Below, one piece after another: positions 26,595 through 40,300 of a stretch of DNA of 64,000 nt. How positions within the stretch are numbered: position 1 is the first letter of the stretch; each line of letters opens with the position of its first letter. The DNA is from Macrostomum hystrix. Lineage: Eukaryota; Animalia; Platyhelminthes. Location of the stretch: the NCBI GenBank assembly GCA_950097015.1, contig CATNEN010000008.1, positions 1,736,001 through 1,800,000 of the forward strand. Reading direction: 5' to 3'. A program made the position numbers and the translations under genes. Below the pieces are notes generated by a model, which made no database searches, had not been told where the DNA came from, and was given only the letters and a program-made list of their open reading frames with translations.

Positions 26595-27085
26595 AAACCA
26601 AGAGGGATAGGATCGGGATTAGGGAAAGGGATAGGGTCGGGATTAGGGAAAGGGATAGGGTCGGGATTAGGGAAAGGAATAGGGTCGGGATTAGGGAAAG
26701 GAATAGGGTCGGGATTAGGGTAGGGAATAGGGTCGGGATTAGGGAAAGGAATAGGGTCGGGATTAGGGGAAGGAATAGGGTCGGGATTAGGGAAAGGAAT
26801 AGGGTCGGGATTAGGGAAAGGAATAGGGTCGGGATTAGGGAAAGGGATAGGGTCGGGATTAGGGAAAGGGATAGGGTCGGGATTAGGGAAAGGAATAGGG
26901 TCGGGATTAGGGTAGGGAATAGGGTCGGGATTAGGGAAAGGAATAGGGTCGGGATTAGGGAAAGGGATAGGGTCGGGATTGGGAAATGAATAGGGTCGGG
27001 ATTAGGGTAGGGAATAGGGTCAAGATTAGGGAAATTAGGAAAGGCGATAGGGTCGAGATTAGGGAAGGGGATTGGATCGGGAATA
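26595..27085. repeat. 24-bp G-rich minisatellite (ATTAGGGAAAGGAATAGGGTCGGG) containing TTAGGG
   Basis: Read directly; same family as 30149-30685. Confidence 0.94.
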
Positions 27086-28364
27086 TCAGAATGAAATCAA
27101 GGGATTTCAGATAAAAAAGAACAAAGTAAATCCTCAGAAACACAACCGGATTAAGTTATGCGGCATGACAAAAAAACTCAAAGTCCTCAGTCCAACTACG
27201 AGTATTCACAAGAATTGTATTATTGAATTGTTTTGCGTTAGAAAAAGTATTTGATGATGAGTAACACCTATAAGCTAGCATTTCGGTGGGGTGCGATGGA
27301 GGCATTTTAAAAGCTTGGGAGACAAGTGTGCCAACTTAAATAATCCCCAAACGCAAGCTCATACTAATTAAGCGGACAATAGCAAGCTACGGCTTTGAGC
27401 TTAGAGAGCATCACAAACTGGGACACATTATCCATATCGATTTAATGTCCATAATTAAGATTTTCAATCGGTTGTCGAGAAACAAAGAAATATAAAGTAC
27501 CATTTTCAAAGACTTCCTGTTGCTAGGAAAAAAATGAATTAAAAACAGCTGTTTCTGAACAACAAATAACAACAATAAATAAGAGAACTAGAATAAGGAC
27601 AGCTGTTTTGGGAATAAAAATAGATTACAAATGAATTTATTAGGTCAGTTATTAATGTACTACCCGAACTGTAATTAATATAGTATTACTTGAATGTAAA
27701 GCAGAATAAGACAAGCCTGTGACCCAAAATTGAATTGAAAAAAAACTGTTTTATACAAAAACTTACGATTGCACAAAACATAACAAATAAAAGATTACAC
27801 TACTGTGGAGAATAAAATTATTCCGTATTAATTACTCTATTATCATTAATATTTGTTACTAAGCTCAATTTGGACTTATAATATACCATGTATAACCAAC
27901 ATAGTTAGCTTTTGCATTGATTTAACAAACAAAATCAATCAGAAGTATAAATAACCGCGATATTATTTAGGGGAAGATTAACAATTTTTGTAACAAAAAA
28001 ACTCTTTTTGAGGTAATACACGATTTTTTTATTAGCATATTTTCTCTTAAACAGAAAGTAACTAAAGAAACATTGTGACATTTTGTACAAGTTAATTACG
28101 TACACGGAATTCAAACCACTACAGTCCGGTTATGAAAAAAAGGTATTAAAAAAGCGACTCATGCTGTTGTTTTTGATGTTGTTGAGATTCTAAAACTCAC
28201 AGCTGACATGTAAAGGGGGGACACACAACAAAAGGTGTTATTTATATAAATAAATAACGGATTATAAAACTGATAACAGATCAGAGCAGACTAAAAACAC
28301 TGGTAGGGGTGGACTCGTGGATAAGCTATTGTGTCTCTGATCATCTGCGTTTTGTCAATCAAAT

Positions 28365-31300
28365 TTAAACCTCGTCCAGAATCTCCTTGGCCGGTGAAGG
28401 GCTGTCGCCGCCGCCGACAAAGATGACGGCGCCCTTCCGGCTCTGACGCCGGCGCTGCGACGGGCCTGCCATGTCAGGGATCAGAATTAAAGGGTAAGAC
28501 TCGGATGCCGCGGATTATCTCCCCATGTAATCTCGTGGATTAACTCCAATATTCTTCCTAGTTCAATGATATCTTCCGATATTCTTCTCAATCCTGTGGA
28601 TAATCTATTAATCCTACTAATCCGGTAGATTATCTCCCAACAGTCCCCCTAATCCGGTGGATCATCTCTTAGTAGTCATCTTAATTCGGTAGATTATCTC
28701 CCAACAGTCCCCCTACTCCGGTGGATCATCTCTTAGTAGTCATCTTAATTCGGTAGAATATCTCTTGACTATCTTCCTAATCCAGTTGATTATCTTCCCA
28801 TATATCCTTAATAATCTCATTGACAAGTAGACTTTACTTCCTAATCTTCCAATAGTCCTTCCAAGTCCTGTTGATAATCTCGACATGCTATCTGCGAATC
28901 ACAGCGAATGTAATCATTGAGTTTTATATTTAAAAATGGCGACAATAGTCCCCACTGTCATTCGACCATAGACAACAGCAGAGGGCGGGCTGCCGTTAGT
29001 TTCAACCTCGTTTCAACACGGTTAGGCTAACTACAACGCAATTTCATTTTCCTATCTCCAAGTAGATATAATTTAAGGATTTTAAAGTATAATAGCGGGT
29101 TCAGTTCAGCTAGAATTAGTTTATCTAAATAACTAAATGTAAAAGTAATAATAAAATGCGCATTTTCAGCCCTGTAAGACCTGAATATTTTTATTCTAAT
29201 AATAATAGTAAACGCAACTTTTTCTTTTTGTTATTTAGAATCCACGCTCCAAATAGAGACAATACTCTCTTATGAAAAATAAACATCTCCTACCTCTCTG
29301 CCCTCTATCTCACCCTTTCAACCCACTATCTCACCCTTTCAACCCACTATCTCACCTTTTCAACCCTCTATCTCACCCTTTCAACTCACTATCTCACCTT
29401 TTCAACCCTCTATCTCACCTTTTCAACCCTCTATCTCACCCTTTCAGCTCACTATCTCACTCTTTCAACCCTCTATCTCACCCTTTCAACTCACTATCTC
29501 ATCCTTTCAACCCTCTATCTCACCCTTTCTACCCATTATCTCACCCTCTCAACCCTCTATCTCACCCTTTCTCCCCTTCATCTTCCCTTTCTCCCCTTCA
29601 TCTCACCTTTATACCCCTTCATCTCACACTTTCTCCCCCCTCCCAGCCCGGCCGAGCCGGCACTCACCGATATAGCTGAGTAGCACTGGCAGGAACACGA
29701 GTCCGTGGAGGGCTCCGAACAGCACAATGCCCAGGTACATGCGGAAATAGAAGATTCTGAACAATTGAGATTTAGCGAAGCCCAGAACAATAATGCCGCC
29801 CAGTTTGGTGAGCGTGATGCCTGAGAACACTGAGCTGCCCATGTGGATGAAGCACTCCCTGGAGCGCAGCAGGCGAGTTGGCTCCTCAGATACTGTGAAG
29901 GCCCGCACCATGTGTGAGCAGAACTCCACCGAGATTCCGAGCGCCTGTAAGTTTCACCATAGACATTGGATAATGCAATAATGAATATGTATAGCAATAA
30001 GTCGCACATGCTGTGTACAGCAGTTCCGTCACACCTAACAATCTACATTTCTACTCCAGCTTAGTTAACTGTTCTTGGTTGATTGGGAAGTCACTGAGCT
30101 CGATTCCGCAGCGAGGCCGCATTCATTTCGGGAGCTTGTCTTGCAATTAGGGAATTAGGGAAGGGGATAGGATCGAGATTAGTGATGGGAATAGGGTCGG
30201 GATTAGGAATGGGAATAGGGTTGGGATTAGAGTAGGGGAAAGAGTCGGGATTAGGGTAGGGGATAGGGTTGGGATTAGGGTAGGGGATAGGGTCGAGATT
30301 AGGGAAAGGGATAGGGTCGGGATTAGGGTAGGGGATAGGGTCGGGATTAGGGTAGGGGATAGGGTCGAGATTAGGGAAAGGGATAGGGTCGGGATTAGGG
30401 TAGGGGATAGGGTCGGGATTAGGGTAGGGGATAGGGTCGGGATTAGGGTAGGGGATAGGGTCGGGATTAGGGAAAGGAATAGGGTCGGGATTAGAGTAGG
30501 GGAAAGAGTCGGGATTAGGGTAGGGGATAGGGTTGGGATTAGGGTAGGGGATAGGGTCGAGATTAGGGAAAGGGATAGGGTCGGGATTAGGGTAGGGGAT
30601 AGGGTCGGGATTAGGGTAGGGGATAGGGTCGAGATTTGGGAAAGGGATAGGGTCGAGATTAGGGTAGGGGATAGGGTCGGGATTTTTTGGAAGGAAATCA
30701 TGGTATAAAGAGAATTTACGCCCTTGAGGGCCAACCTCAAAAAGCACAGTGAGAGTGTACACTGCCTGACGATGAGAAAGTCGGGGCAGATGTACACTCC
30801 TGTGTGAGGTGTGTGCTCAAGGGCATCGGAATGGGCAGAATTGCCTGCTTGCTGTCTCTTGGATGCACACTTTCCCAAGGGCTAAGATTCGAACTCCCGA
30901 CCTCTTGCTCTACCAAATGGGCCGCAGGCTCACCATCACGAGGTTGACCAAGGACACTGCGTTCAGTGTGATGCCCCAGAAGCACATGAATCCCAACATA
31001 GAGTTGAGTATTAGCGCAATTGTCAGCATGATGATAAACGTGGCGTACAGATCCAGGCCAAGAAGAACAAAAGTAACAGCGGCAATGGCCGCGCCGCAAA
31101 TTGACAGATTAACGACAGTATCCCTAGCAATGGTCAGGTACTGCTCGTAGAACACGTAGAACACGCTGTAGGGGAACACCTTGAATTCTGGCGTGTGGCC
31201 AAGCTCCCTACGGAAATGCTCGTTAATCTCATCCGAGATGGCTATAGCCGAACGGTAGGCGTTGGTGAAATCTTCGTCAGTTCTAAGCACGGAATGATAG

Positions 31301-34300
31301 GCCATGAAGTGTGAAGCAGATATGCCGGCCACTTTGGTAGACACGCCGGCCTGTCTGACTAGCGACACGGCGCTAGCGTATGCCGCGTGCCCGCCCTTGG
31401 CGCAAGCAACGCCCGGATTGTCCCGCAGGAAAAAGTCCAAATGGCCATAGAATGTGGCCGACTCTGGCCAGCTCCCGGCGCTGCTAGTGTGGGTGAAATT
31501 CACCCGACATGCGGCACAGTCGCTGCGCTGGCCTAGCGAAGCCGGGCAGAACTGGTCAGGCTCTGACAGGCGATGACGGCAGCATTGGACTGAGCTGCCG
31601 CTGCCACTAGGCGTCAACCAATCAACGTAGTCGTCTAGCCAGGAGCTGGCAGGCGTTGCCAAATAGGAGCCAGCCTGACGATCGAGCTTGGACAGTCTGG
31701 CTAGACGGCCAGTCATGGAATCCTGCGGGCAGCCGGTTCTGCTGCAGACTAAATTGGCGTGAGCCGGCTTCGAGAAATCAATGCTGGGCCCGGCTAGTAC
31801 GAAATAAACCGGCGGCCCCACACTCAGATAGCGACGAACGCCGTCGAAATAGTCGGCCATGTAGCTGTCTACAGGCATGCTGATCTCCTGGTCAAGGCCG
31901 CTGCGAATACTGGGCACAGCGGCCAAACAGATGAATGCCCAGGTGACAAATAGCACCATTACTATTGGACGGCATAGGCGGGAGAAAAGGAATTTAGATA
32001 GGTGACGCTTGAATAGCTGGAATAAGAAGCCGCGGCTCTCCTTCTTCACCGTCGAGCTGTCCTCCGGCCTGCTGGACATCGGCTGCGACTTGCTGCTCAG
32101 GCAGCACAGCACATCGAATCTGGATGGCGATTAGATGGGGTTTGTTATTTGAGCTCAGGTAACTACCCTGAGGTGTCCTCAGGTAACCCTAAATACCTGA
32201 CCCAGTGTCTTCAGGTAACCCTAAATACCCGACCCAGTGTCTTCAGGTAACCCTAAATACCTGACCCAGTGTCTTCAGGTAACCCTAAATACCTGACCCA
32301 GTGTCTTCAGGTAACCCTAAATACCTGACCCAGTGTCTTCAGGTAACCCTAAATACCTGACCCAGTGTCTTCAGGTAACCCTAAATACCTGACCCAGTGT
32401 CTTCAGGTAACCCTAAATACCTGACCCAGTGTCTTCAGGTAACCCTAAATACCTGACCCAGTGTCTTCAGGTAACCCTAAATACCCGACCCAGTGTCTTC
32501 AGGTAACCCTAAATACCTGACCCAGTGTCTTCAGGTAACCCTAAATACCTGACCCAGTGTCTTCAGGTAACCCTAAATACCCGACCCAGTGTCTTCAGGT
32601 AACCCTAAATACCTGACCCAGTGTCTTCAGGTAACCCTAAATACCTGACCCAGTGTCTTCAGGTAACCCTAAATACCCGACCCAGTGTCTTCAGGTAACC
32701 CTAAATACCTGACCCACTGTCCTCAGGTAACCCTAAATACCTGACCCAGTGTCCTCAGGTAACCCTAAATACCTGACCCACTGTCCTCAGGTAACCCTAA
32801 ATACCTGACCCACTGTCCTCAGGTAACCCTAAATACCTGACCCACTGTCCTCAGGTAACCCTAACTAAATACCTGACCCAGTGTCCTCAGGTAACCCTAA
32901 ATACCTGACCCACTGTCCTCAGGTAACCCTAACTAAATACCTGACCCAGTGTCCTCAGATGACCCTAACTAAATACCTGACCCAGTGCTGTCACATGACC
33001 CAAGAACTCACCTGGCCCCAGCCTGCCGTTTGCAGTCCAACGTGAGCAGGGCCACAAAGCAGCTAATCTGTAGCAGGAAATCAATTAGTACAGCCATGCC
33101 GGCGTACAGGGCGAACACTCGCACAGCTGGCATAGGTGTCAGGGCGCCAAAGAAGAATGCCACAGACTCGCTGGCGCTCGACAGCAGCATGCTGGGTCCG
33201 ACTCGACCAACTGCGCGAGCTACTCGAGATTCGACGGAATCATTGAAGCCGCTGTAGTCTCTCTGGTAGGCCTGTACCAGGATGAAGATATTGTCAACTC
33301 CAACTGCCAGCACTAGGAATGGAACGACTTCAACTATGATGAGAGTGGCCGGGTAGCCTAGGAAGCTCCACACGCCCAGAGAGGAGGACACGGCCAGTAG
33401 AACGATGAGCACGCCGGCCAGGCCTAGGGTGACCTTCAGGTCGATCATAACGCGAGAACAAGTCTTATACTGTCCCAGGGTGATTGTTACATAGGCGAAC
33501 ATGACCAGGTAGCTGATGAGGATTGTGAGCACGTCCGAGTGAGACTCGCGTTCTAGCTCGTCCTGGATGCTTCGCTCGCTGCGGTAGCGCAGATCCCAAA
33601 GGTCGGCGTGCTGGCTGGCGTGTCTGCGCACAGCGAGACAGAAATCGAGCAGACATGCTTTTTGTTATTAATTCTCATGGATGATATTAAAAAATATACG
33701 ACTTCTACGATAAGCATGACCTCTGTATTACAGTTTCCCATGTTCTCATTTCCATGACCTCTGTATTACAGTTTCCCATGTTCTCATTTCCATGACCTCT
33801 GTATTACAGTTTCCCATGTTCTCATTTCCATGACCTCTGTATTACAGTTTCCCATGTTCTCATTTCCATGACCTCTGTATTACAGTTTCCCATGTTCTCA
33901 TTTCCATGACCTCTGTATTACAGTTTCCCATGTCTCATTTCCATGACCTCTGTATTACAGTTTCCCATGTTCTCATTTCCATGACCTCTGTATTACAGTT
34001 TCCCATGTTCTCATTTCCATGACCTCTGTATTACAGTTTCCCATGTCTCATTTCCATGACCTCTGTATTACAGTTTCCCATGTTCTCATCTCCATGACCT
34101 CTGTATTACAGTTTCCCATGTCTCATTTCCTTGACCTCTGTATTACAGTTTCCCCATGTTCTCATCTCCATGACCTCTGTATTACAGTTTCCCCATGTTC
34201 TCATCTCCATGACCTCTGTATTACAGTTTCCCCATGTTCTCATCTCCATGACCTCTGTATTACAGTTTCCCATGTTCTCATTTCCATGACCTCTGTATTA

Positions 34301-37300
34301 CAGTTTCCCATGTTCTCATCTCCATGACCTCTGTATTACAGTTTCCATTTCTCATCTTCACTGACCTTCTCACAACCTCCATGAATCCGGCCTCCCAGTC
34401 GATGGCCTTATGCCGAAGCGCTGGATCGTTGCTAACTAGAAAGGTGAGTACAATGGCGCTGGCATTGAGATACTCGGAGCCGTTGTAGCCGCCAAACACC
34501 ACAGCTGGATAGATCGGACCGCCCCATTCGGCTAGGCAGGCTGGGCCCATGGGACTGTTTGTGCAAGAGGCCAGGTGAGTTATCCAGTCGTTCTCTATTA
34601 GCTTTACGCCCATCATCAATTCATCCTCTGCAAACTTTTCTAGCAACAGACGGCTGAGGTTGGACTGAAAATAAATAGAAAATAATACTTTGACATCATC
34701 AATGATCATTATAACTGAAGATCATTATCCCTGAAGCTGCTAACTGAAGATCATTATCCCTGAAGCTGCTAACTGAAGATCATTATCCCTGAAGCTGCTA
34801 ACTGAAGATCATTATCCCTGAAGCTGCTAACTGAATATCATTATCCCTGAAGCTGCTAACTGAAGATCATTATCCCTGAAGCTGCTAACTGAAGATCATT
34901 ATCCCTGAAGCTGCTAACTGAAGATCATTATCCCTGAAGCTGCTAACTGAATATCATTATCCCTGAAGCTGCTAACTGAAGACAATTATCCCTGAAGCTG
35001 CTAACTGAAGATCATTATACCTGAAGCTGCTAACTGAAGACAATTATCCCTGAAGCTGCTAACTGAAGACAATTATCCCTGAAGCTGCTAACTGAACATC
35101 ATTATCCCTGAAGCTGCTAACTGAAGACAATTATCCCTGAAGCTGCTAACTGAAGACAATTATCCCTGAAGCTGCTAAGTGAACACCTGAGGCGTGCCAT
35201 GAAGCACCTTATCAAAGAGTGTCGTAACCAATAACTCACCTGAAAATAGCCCAACGGGCTCTGCACAGCGCAGGTTGTATAGTCAGGCGCCAAAGGTTTG
35301 AAGCAAATGTCTGACAGGGTGATGTTAGTCGAGCTGCCCTCTGTGGTGCTGGCCACCGACAAGCTGGTGACATCCAGCTGCAATTGAAGCACATGACGTA
35401 GGAATTGGCGCCGCAGGGCCGGGCCCAGACTCGGATGCTTGGGCTCATCATAATAGTTAGACGGGTCTAGAGTGAACCGGCTCTGATTTTTCGGAATTAT
35501 GATCACCTGCTCAGTTCGGAAGAACGGCCTGTTAGGATAGAAGTTAGGCGATGATGCTAGTAAGCTACTCACAATGGGAATCTAACAGTAGCATTTTTAA
35601 AAGTACATTTTGGCAAGTAAAAACGATTCTATTCAGTAAAGTCATCGTTCCCATTTCTGTTATGATAATAAAACGACCTAAAAAACTCGCGTGCCAGAAT
35701 CAGGCGAGGAGAGAGAGAGAGAGAATGAGTCACACATGCGCACAAACACACCACACACATGCACAAATATACGCATTTACTGTGCGCAAATCCTTGTATG
35801 GAATTCTATACACAAGGCGTAGAGACACAGGGAGGGGAGGGGAGGGAGGGAGGGCAAAAGTGCATCACGCCATCGGACCACCAAGGCCACACGACACACG
35901 CCCCAACGCACAGCAGCTAAAAATAGCCTGTCCAATATAAGCTGATCGCCCTTGGCTGCAGGGAAGGCCCGGAATGGTTCGGGAAAAGGGAGTTAGACAC
36001 GACACGGCCGTGGGGGAAGAAAGGACGGGAGGGAAAAACTGGGGATTTTTGCCAGAAAGGAATGACCGAACTGAAGGCCTTCGCGTTGTCATGGAAACGT
36101 CCCACAGACTGATAGAAGAGAGGGAAGAGGCAGAGGGCTAATGTGAAAATGGGCAATGAGATAGATAGGGTATGAGGGAGTGGAGGCCTAGACTGATCCA
36201 AAATCTCCCCCGCCAGCCTCTGTGATCCCAGCAGAACAGGAGCTTAACACAGAAAATAAAACCAAGATAACTATGCTGCGTTTAGACGACGATTACAAAA
36301 AAGGAAATCGATTTCGAGGCCACGCCCGATCAAGGGGAGAGAGATGGGATCAAGAAAGGGATTAGAGAAATTCGCTATTCCCTATATTTAGTATTATGTC
36401 CATGAGCATAGCTAAAGCTCTACTGCAAAATGGCGACCACGCCCCATATACTAGAGCAGGGGTCGGCAAACTCCGGCCCGCGGGCCAGATGCGGCCCTCG
36501 AAGCTCCCAAATCCGGCCCGTTGCCCTTTGTGACATCTACAGTGTCCTGTTTCATCTCTCTCGTGTCTAATCTCTTCCGTGTCTCATCTCTTCCATGTCT
36601 TATCTCTCCCGTGTCTAATCTCTCCTGTGTCTCATCTCTCCTGTGTCTAATCTCTCCCGTGTCTAATCTCTCCTGTGTCCTATCGCTCTCGTGTCTAATC
36701 TCTCCCGTGTCTAATCTCTCCTGTGTCCTATCGCTCTCGTGTCTAATCTCACCCGTGTCTCATCTCTCCCGTGTCTCATCTCTCCCCAATCTCATATTTA
36801 TACAGTCAATGCGGCCCGCTGTCGTCTTTAAGGTTCTCTCTTTGGCCCGCCAGCAAATAAGTTTGCCTACCCCTGTACTAGAGGCTCTAGGATCCAGGCC
36901 CAGCTGCGTTAAAAACAGGAGACAAAAAACAAAAAAATACAAATTTCTTAAATAGGCTAAACATCCGTATATATTATAAAGTTCTATAGTCAAAGTTTCT
37001 TTTCCGGAAAGAACTTACACTATTGAAGCTAACGGCTAGTTTAGCAATATAAACTGAAAAGATCTGTAAAATACGTGGGCGACTAAAAATTGCTAAGCTG
37101 ACAGCTGTAGCTATGGGTCCTCCGACAGAATGCTAAGTGGCCACATAGCAACTGCTGTTGCATAAAATTCACTGATCCCCTGAATATAGCATTCAGTGCT
37201 CTCTCTCGGACTATCCGCTTCTAACTGGAACAGCATACTTGCTCAGCAATTATTGTTCTGTTCTAAGCTGGACTCTTCATTGTTATGTAGCAAGAATTGA

Positions 37301-40300
37301 ATTGAATAAACTATTCGGGCTCAATGTTTGAAGGATGGCCATGAAAGGCCGTGAGTTTGATGTCAAAGGCCAGTTTGATGTCAAAGGCTGTGAGTTTGAT
37401 GTCAAAGGCCGTGAGATTGATGTCAAAGGCCGTGGAGTTTGATGTCAAAGGCCAGTTTGATGTCAAAGGCTGTGAGTTTGATGTCAAAGGCCGTGGAGTT
37501 TGATGTCAAAGGCCGTGGAGTTTGATGTCAAAGGCCGTGAGTTTGATGTCAAAGGTCGTGAGTTTGATGTGAAAGGCCGTGAGTTTGATGTCAAAGGCCG
37601 TGAGATTGATGTCAAAGGCCGTGGAGTTTGATGTCAAAAGCCGTGAGTTTGATGTCAAAGGCCGTGAGTTTGATGTCAAAGGTCGTGAGATTGATGTCAA
37701 AGGCCGTGAGTTTGATGTGAAAGGCCGTGAGTTTGATGTCAAAGGCCGTGAGATTGATGTCAAAGGCCGTGAGATTGATGTCAAAGGCCGTGGAGTTTGA
37801 TGTCAAAAGCCGTGAGTTTGATGTCAAAGGTCGTGAGATTGATGTCAAAGGCCGTGGAGTTTGATGTCAAAGACCGTGAGTTTGATGTCAAAGACCGTGA
37901 GTTTGATGTCAAAGACCGTGATTTTGATGTCAAAGGCCGTGATTTTGATGTTAAAGGCCGTGAGATTGATGTCAAAGGCCGTGAGATTGATGTCAAAGGC
38001 CGTGGAGTTTGATGTCAAAAGCCGTGAGTTTGATGTCAAAGGTCGTGAGATTGATGTCAAAGGCCGTGGAGTTTGATGTCAAAGACCGTGAGTTTGATGT
38101 CAAAGACCGTGAGTTTGATGTCAAAGACCGTGAGTTTGATGTCAAAGACCGTGAGTTTGATGTCAAAGACCGTGAGTTTGATGTCAAAGGCCGTGATTTT
38201 GATGTTAAAAGCCGTGAGTTTGATGTCAAGGCCAATGCCATAAGAGCAAGTCCAGCAACTAGGATCGGTCGAGCAATATACAGTTAAGCTGATTGCTTAG
38301 GCAATCACTGGCTAATTAGATCAAACCGCTAATACAAAATATAATTACACAATCCAATTACGGGCTAGCGTGCTAATACTATGATTTGCTTAGCCGCCAT
38401 ACAAATAAATGGATTAGCTAGTTTAGGAAGGCAAATACAAAGCTGAAGGCAAATAGAAGCTGAATAAACTTAGCGTCTAATAATTTATTTGGTAAACTAC
38501 GACAATAATAAAAGTATACAATTTAAAGTCGATGCTAGTTAGTCGTAAAATAAGATAATATCAATATGTAAAAATACTGGATACATACATACGACATACG
38601 ACTAAATAATAGTTGATCGGAGAAATAAGCTGGTTTTATGTTAATTACATTAGGAAGCAGGGACTGGATGGTTATGGAGAATTAGGGGATTGGGAAGCAG
38701 GGACTGGATGGTTATGGAGAATTAGGGGATTGGGAAGCAGGGACTGGATGGTTATGGAGAATTAGGGGATTGGGAAGCAGGGACTGGATGGTTATGGAGA
38801 ATTAGGGGATTGGGAAGCAGGGACTGGATGGTTATGGAGAATTAGGGGATTGGGAAGCAGGGACTGGATGGTTATGGAGAATTAGGGGATTGGGAAGCAG
38901 GGACTGGATGGTTATGGAGAATTAGGGGATTGGGAAGCAGGGACTGGATGGTTATGGAGAATTAGGGGATTGGGAAGCAGGGACTGGATGGTTATGGAGA
39001 ATTAGGGGATTGGGAAGCAGGGACTGGATGGTTATGGAGAATTAGGGGATTGGGAAGCAGGGACTGGATGGTTATGGAGAATTAGGGGATTGGGAAGCAG
39101 GGACTGGATGGTTATGGAGAATTAGGGGATTGGGAAGCAGGGACTGGATGGTTATGGAGAATTAGGGGATTGGGAAGCAGGGACTGGATGGTTATGGAGA
39201 ATTAGGGGATTGGGAAGCAGGGACTGGATGGTTATGGAGAATTAGGGGATTAGGAAGCAGGGACTGGATGGTTATGGAGAATTAGGGGATTGGGAAGCAG
39301 GGACTGGATGGTTATGGAGAATTAGGGGATTGGGAAGCAGGGACTGGATGGTTATGGAGAATTAGGGGATTGGGAAGCAGGGACTGGATGGTTATGGAGA
39401 ATTAGGGGATTGGGAAGCAGGGACTGGATGGTTATGGAGAATTAGGGGATTGGGAAGCAGGGACTGGATGGTTATGGAGAATTAGGGGATTGGGAAGCAG
39501 GGACTGGATGGTTATGGAGAATTAGGGGATTGGGAAGCAGGGACTGGATGGTTATGGAGAATTAGGGGATTGGGAAGCAGGGACTGGATGGTTATGGAGA
39601 ATTAGGGGATTGGGAAGCAGGGACTGGATGGTTATGGAGAATTAGGGGATTGGGAAGCAGGGACTGGATGGTTATGGAGAATTAGGGGATTGGGAAGCAG
39701 GGACTGGATGGTTATGGAGAATTAGGGGATTGGGAAGCAGGGACTGGATGGTTATGGAGAATTAGGGGATTAGGAAGCAGGGACTGGATGGTTATGGAGA
39801 ATTAGGGGATTGGGAAGCAGGGACTGGATGGTTATGGAGAATTAGGGGATTGGGAAGCAGGGACTGGATGGTTATGGAGAATTAGGGGATTGGGAAGCAG
39901 GGACTGGATGGTTATGGAGAATTAGGGGATTGGGAAGCAGGGACTGGATGGTTATGGAGAATTAGGGGATTGGGAAGCAGGGACTGGATGGTTATGGAGA
40001 ATTAGGGGATTGGGAAGCAGGGACTGGATGGTTATGGAGAATTAGGGGATTGGGAAGCAGGGACTGGATGGTTATGGAGAATTAGGGGATTGGGAAGCAG
40101 GGACTGGATGGTTATGGAGAATTAGGGGATTGGGAAGCAGGGACTGGATGGTTATGGAGAATTAGGGGATTGGGAAGCAGGGACTGGATGGTTATGGAGA
40201 ATTAGGGGATTGGGAAGCAGGGACTGGATGGTTATGGAGAATTAGGGGATTGGGAAGCAGGGACTGGATGGTTATGGAGAATTAGGGGATTGGGAAGCAG

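Noticed and set aside
37340-38230. TCF/LEF or CRE-like sites in the 21-bp array
   Set aside because: TGTCAAAGG and TGATGTCA are imperfect matches; not enough to claim regulation.
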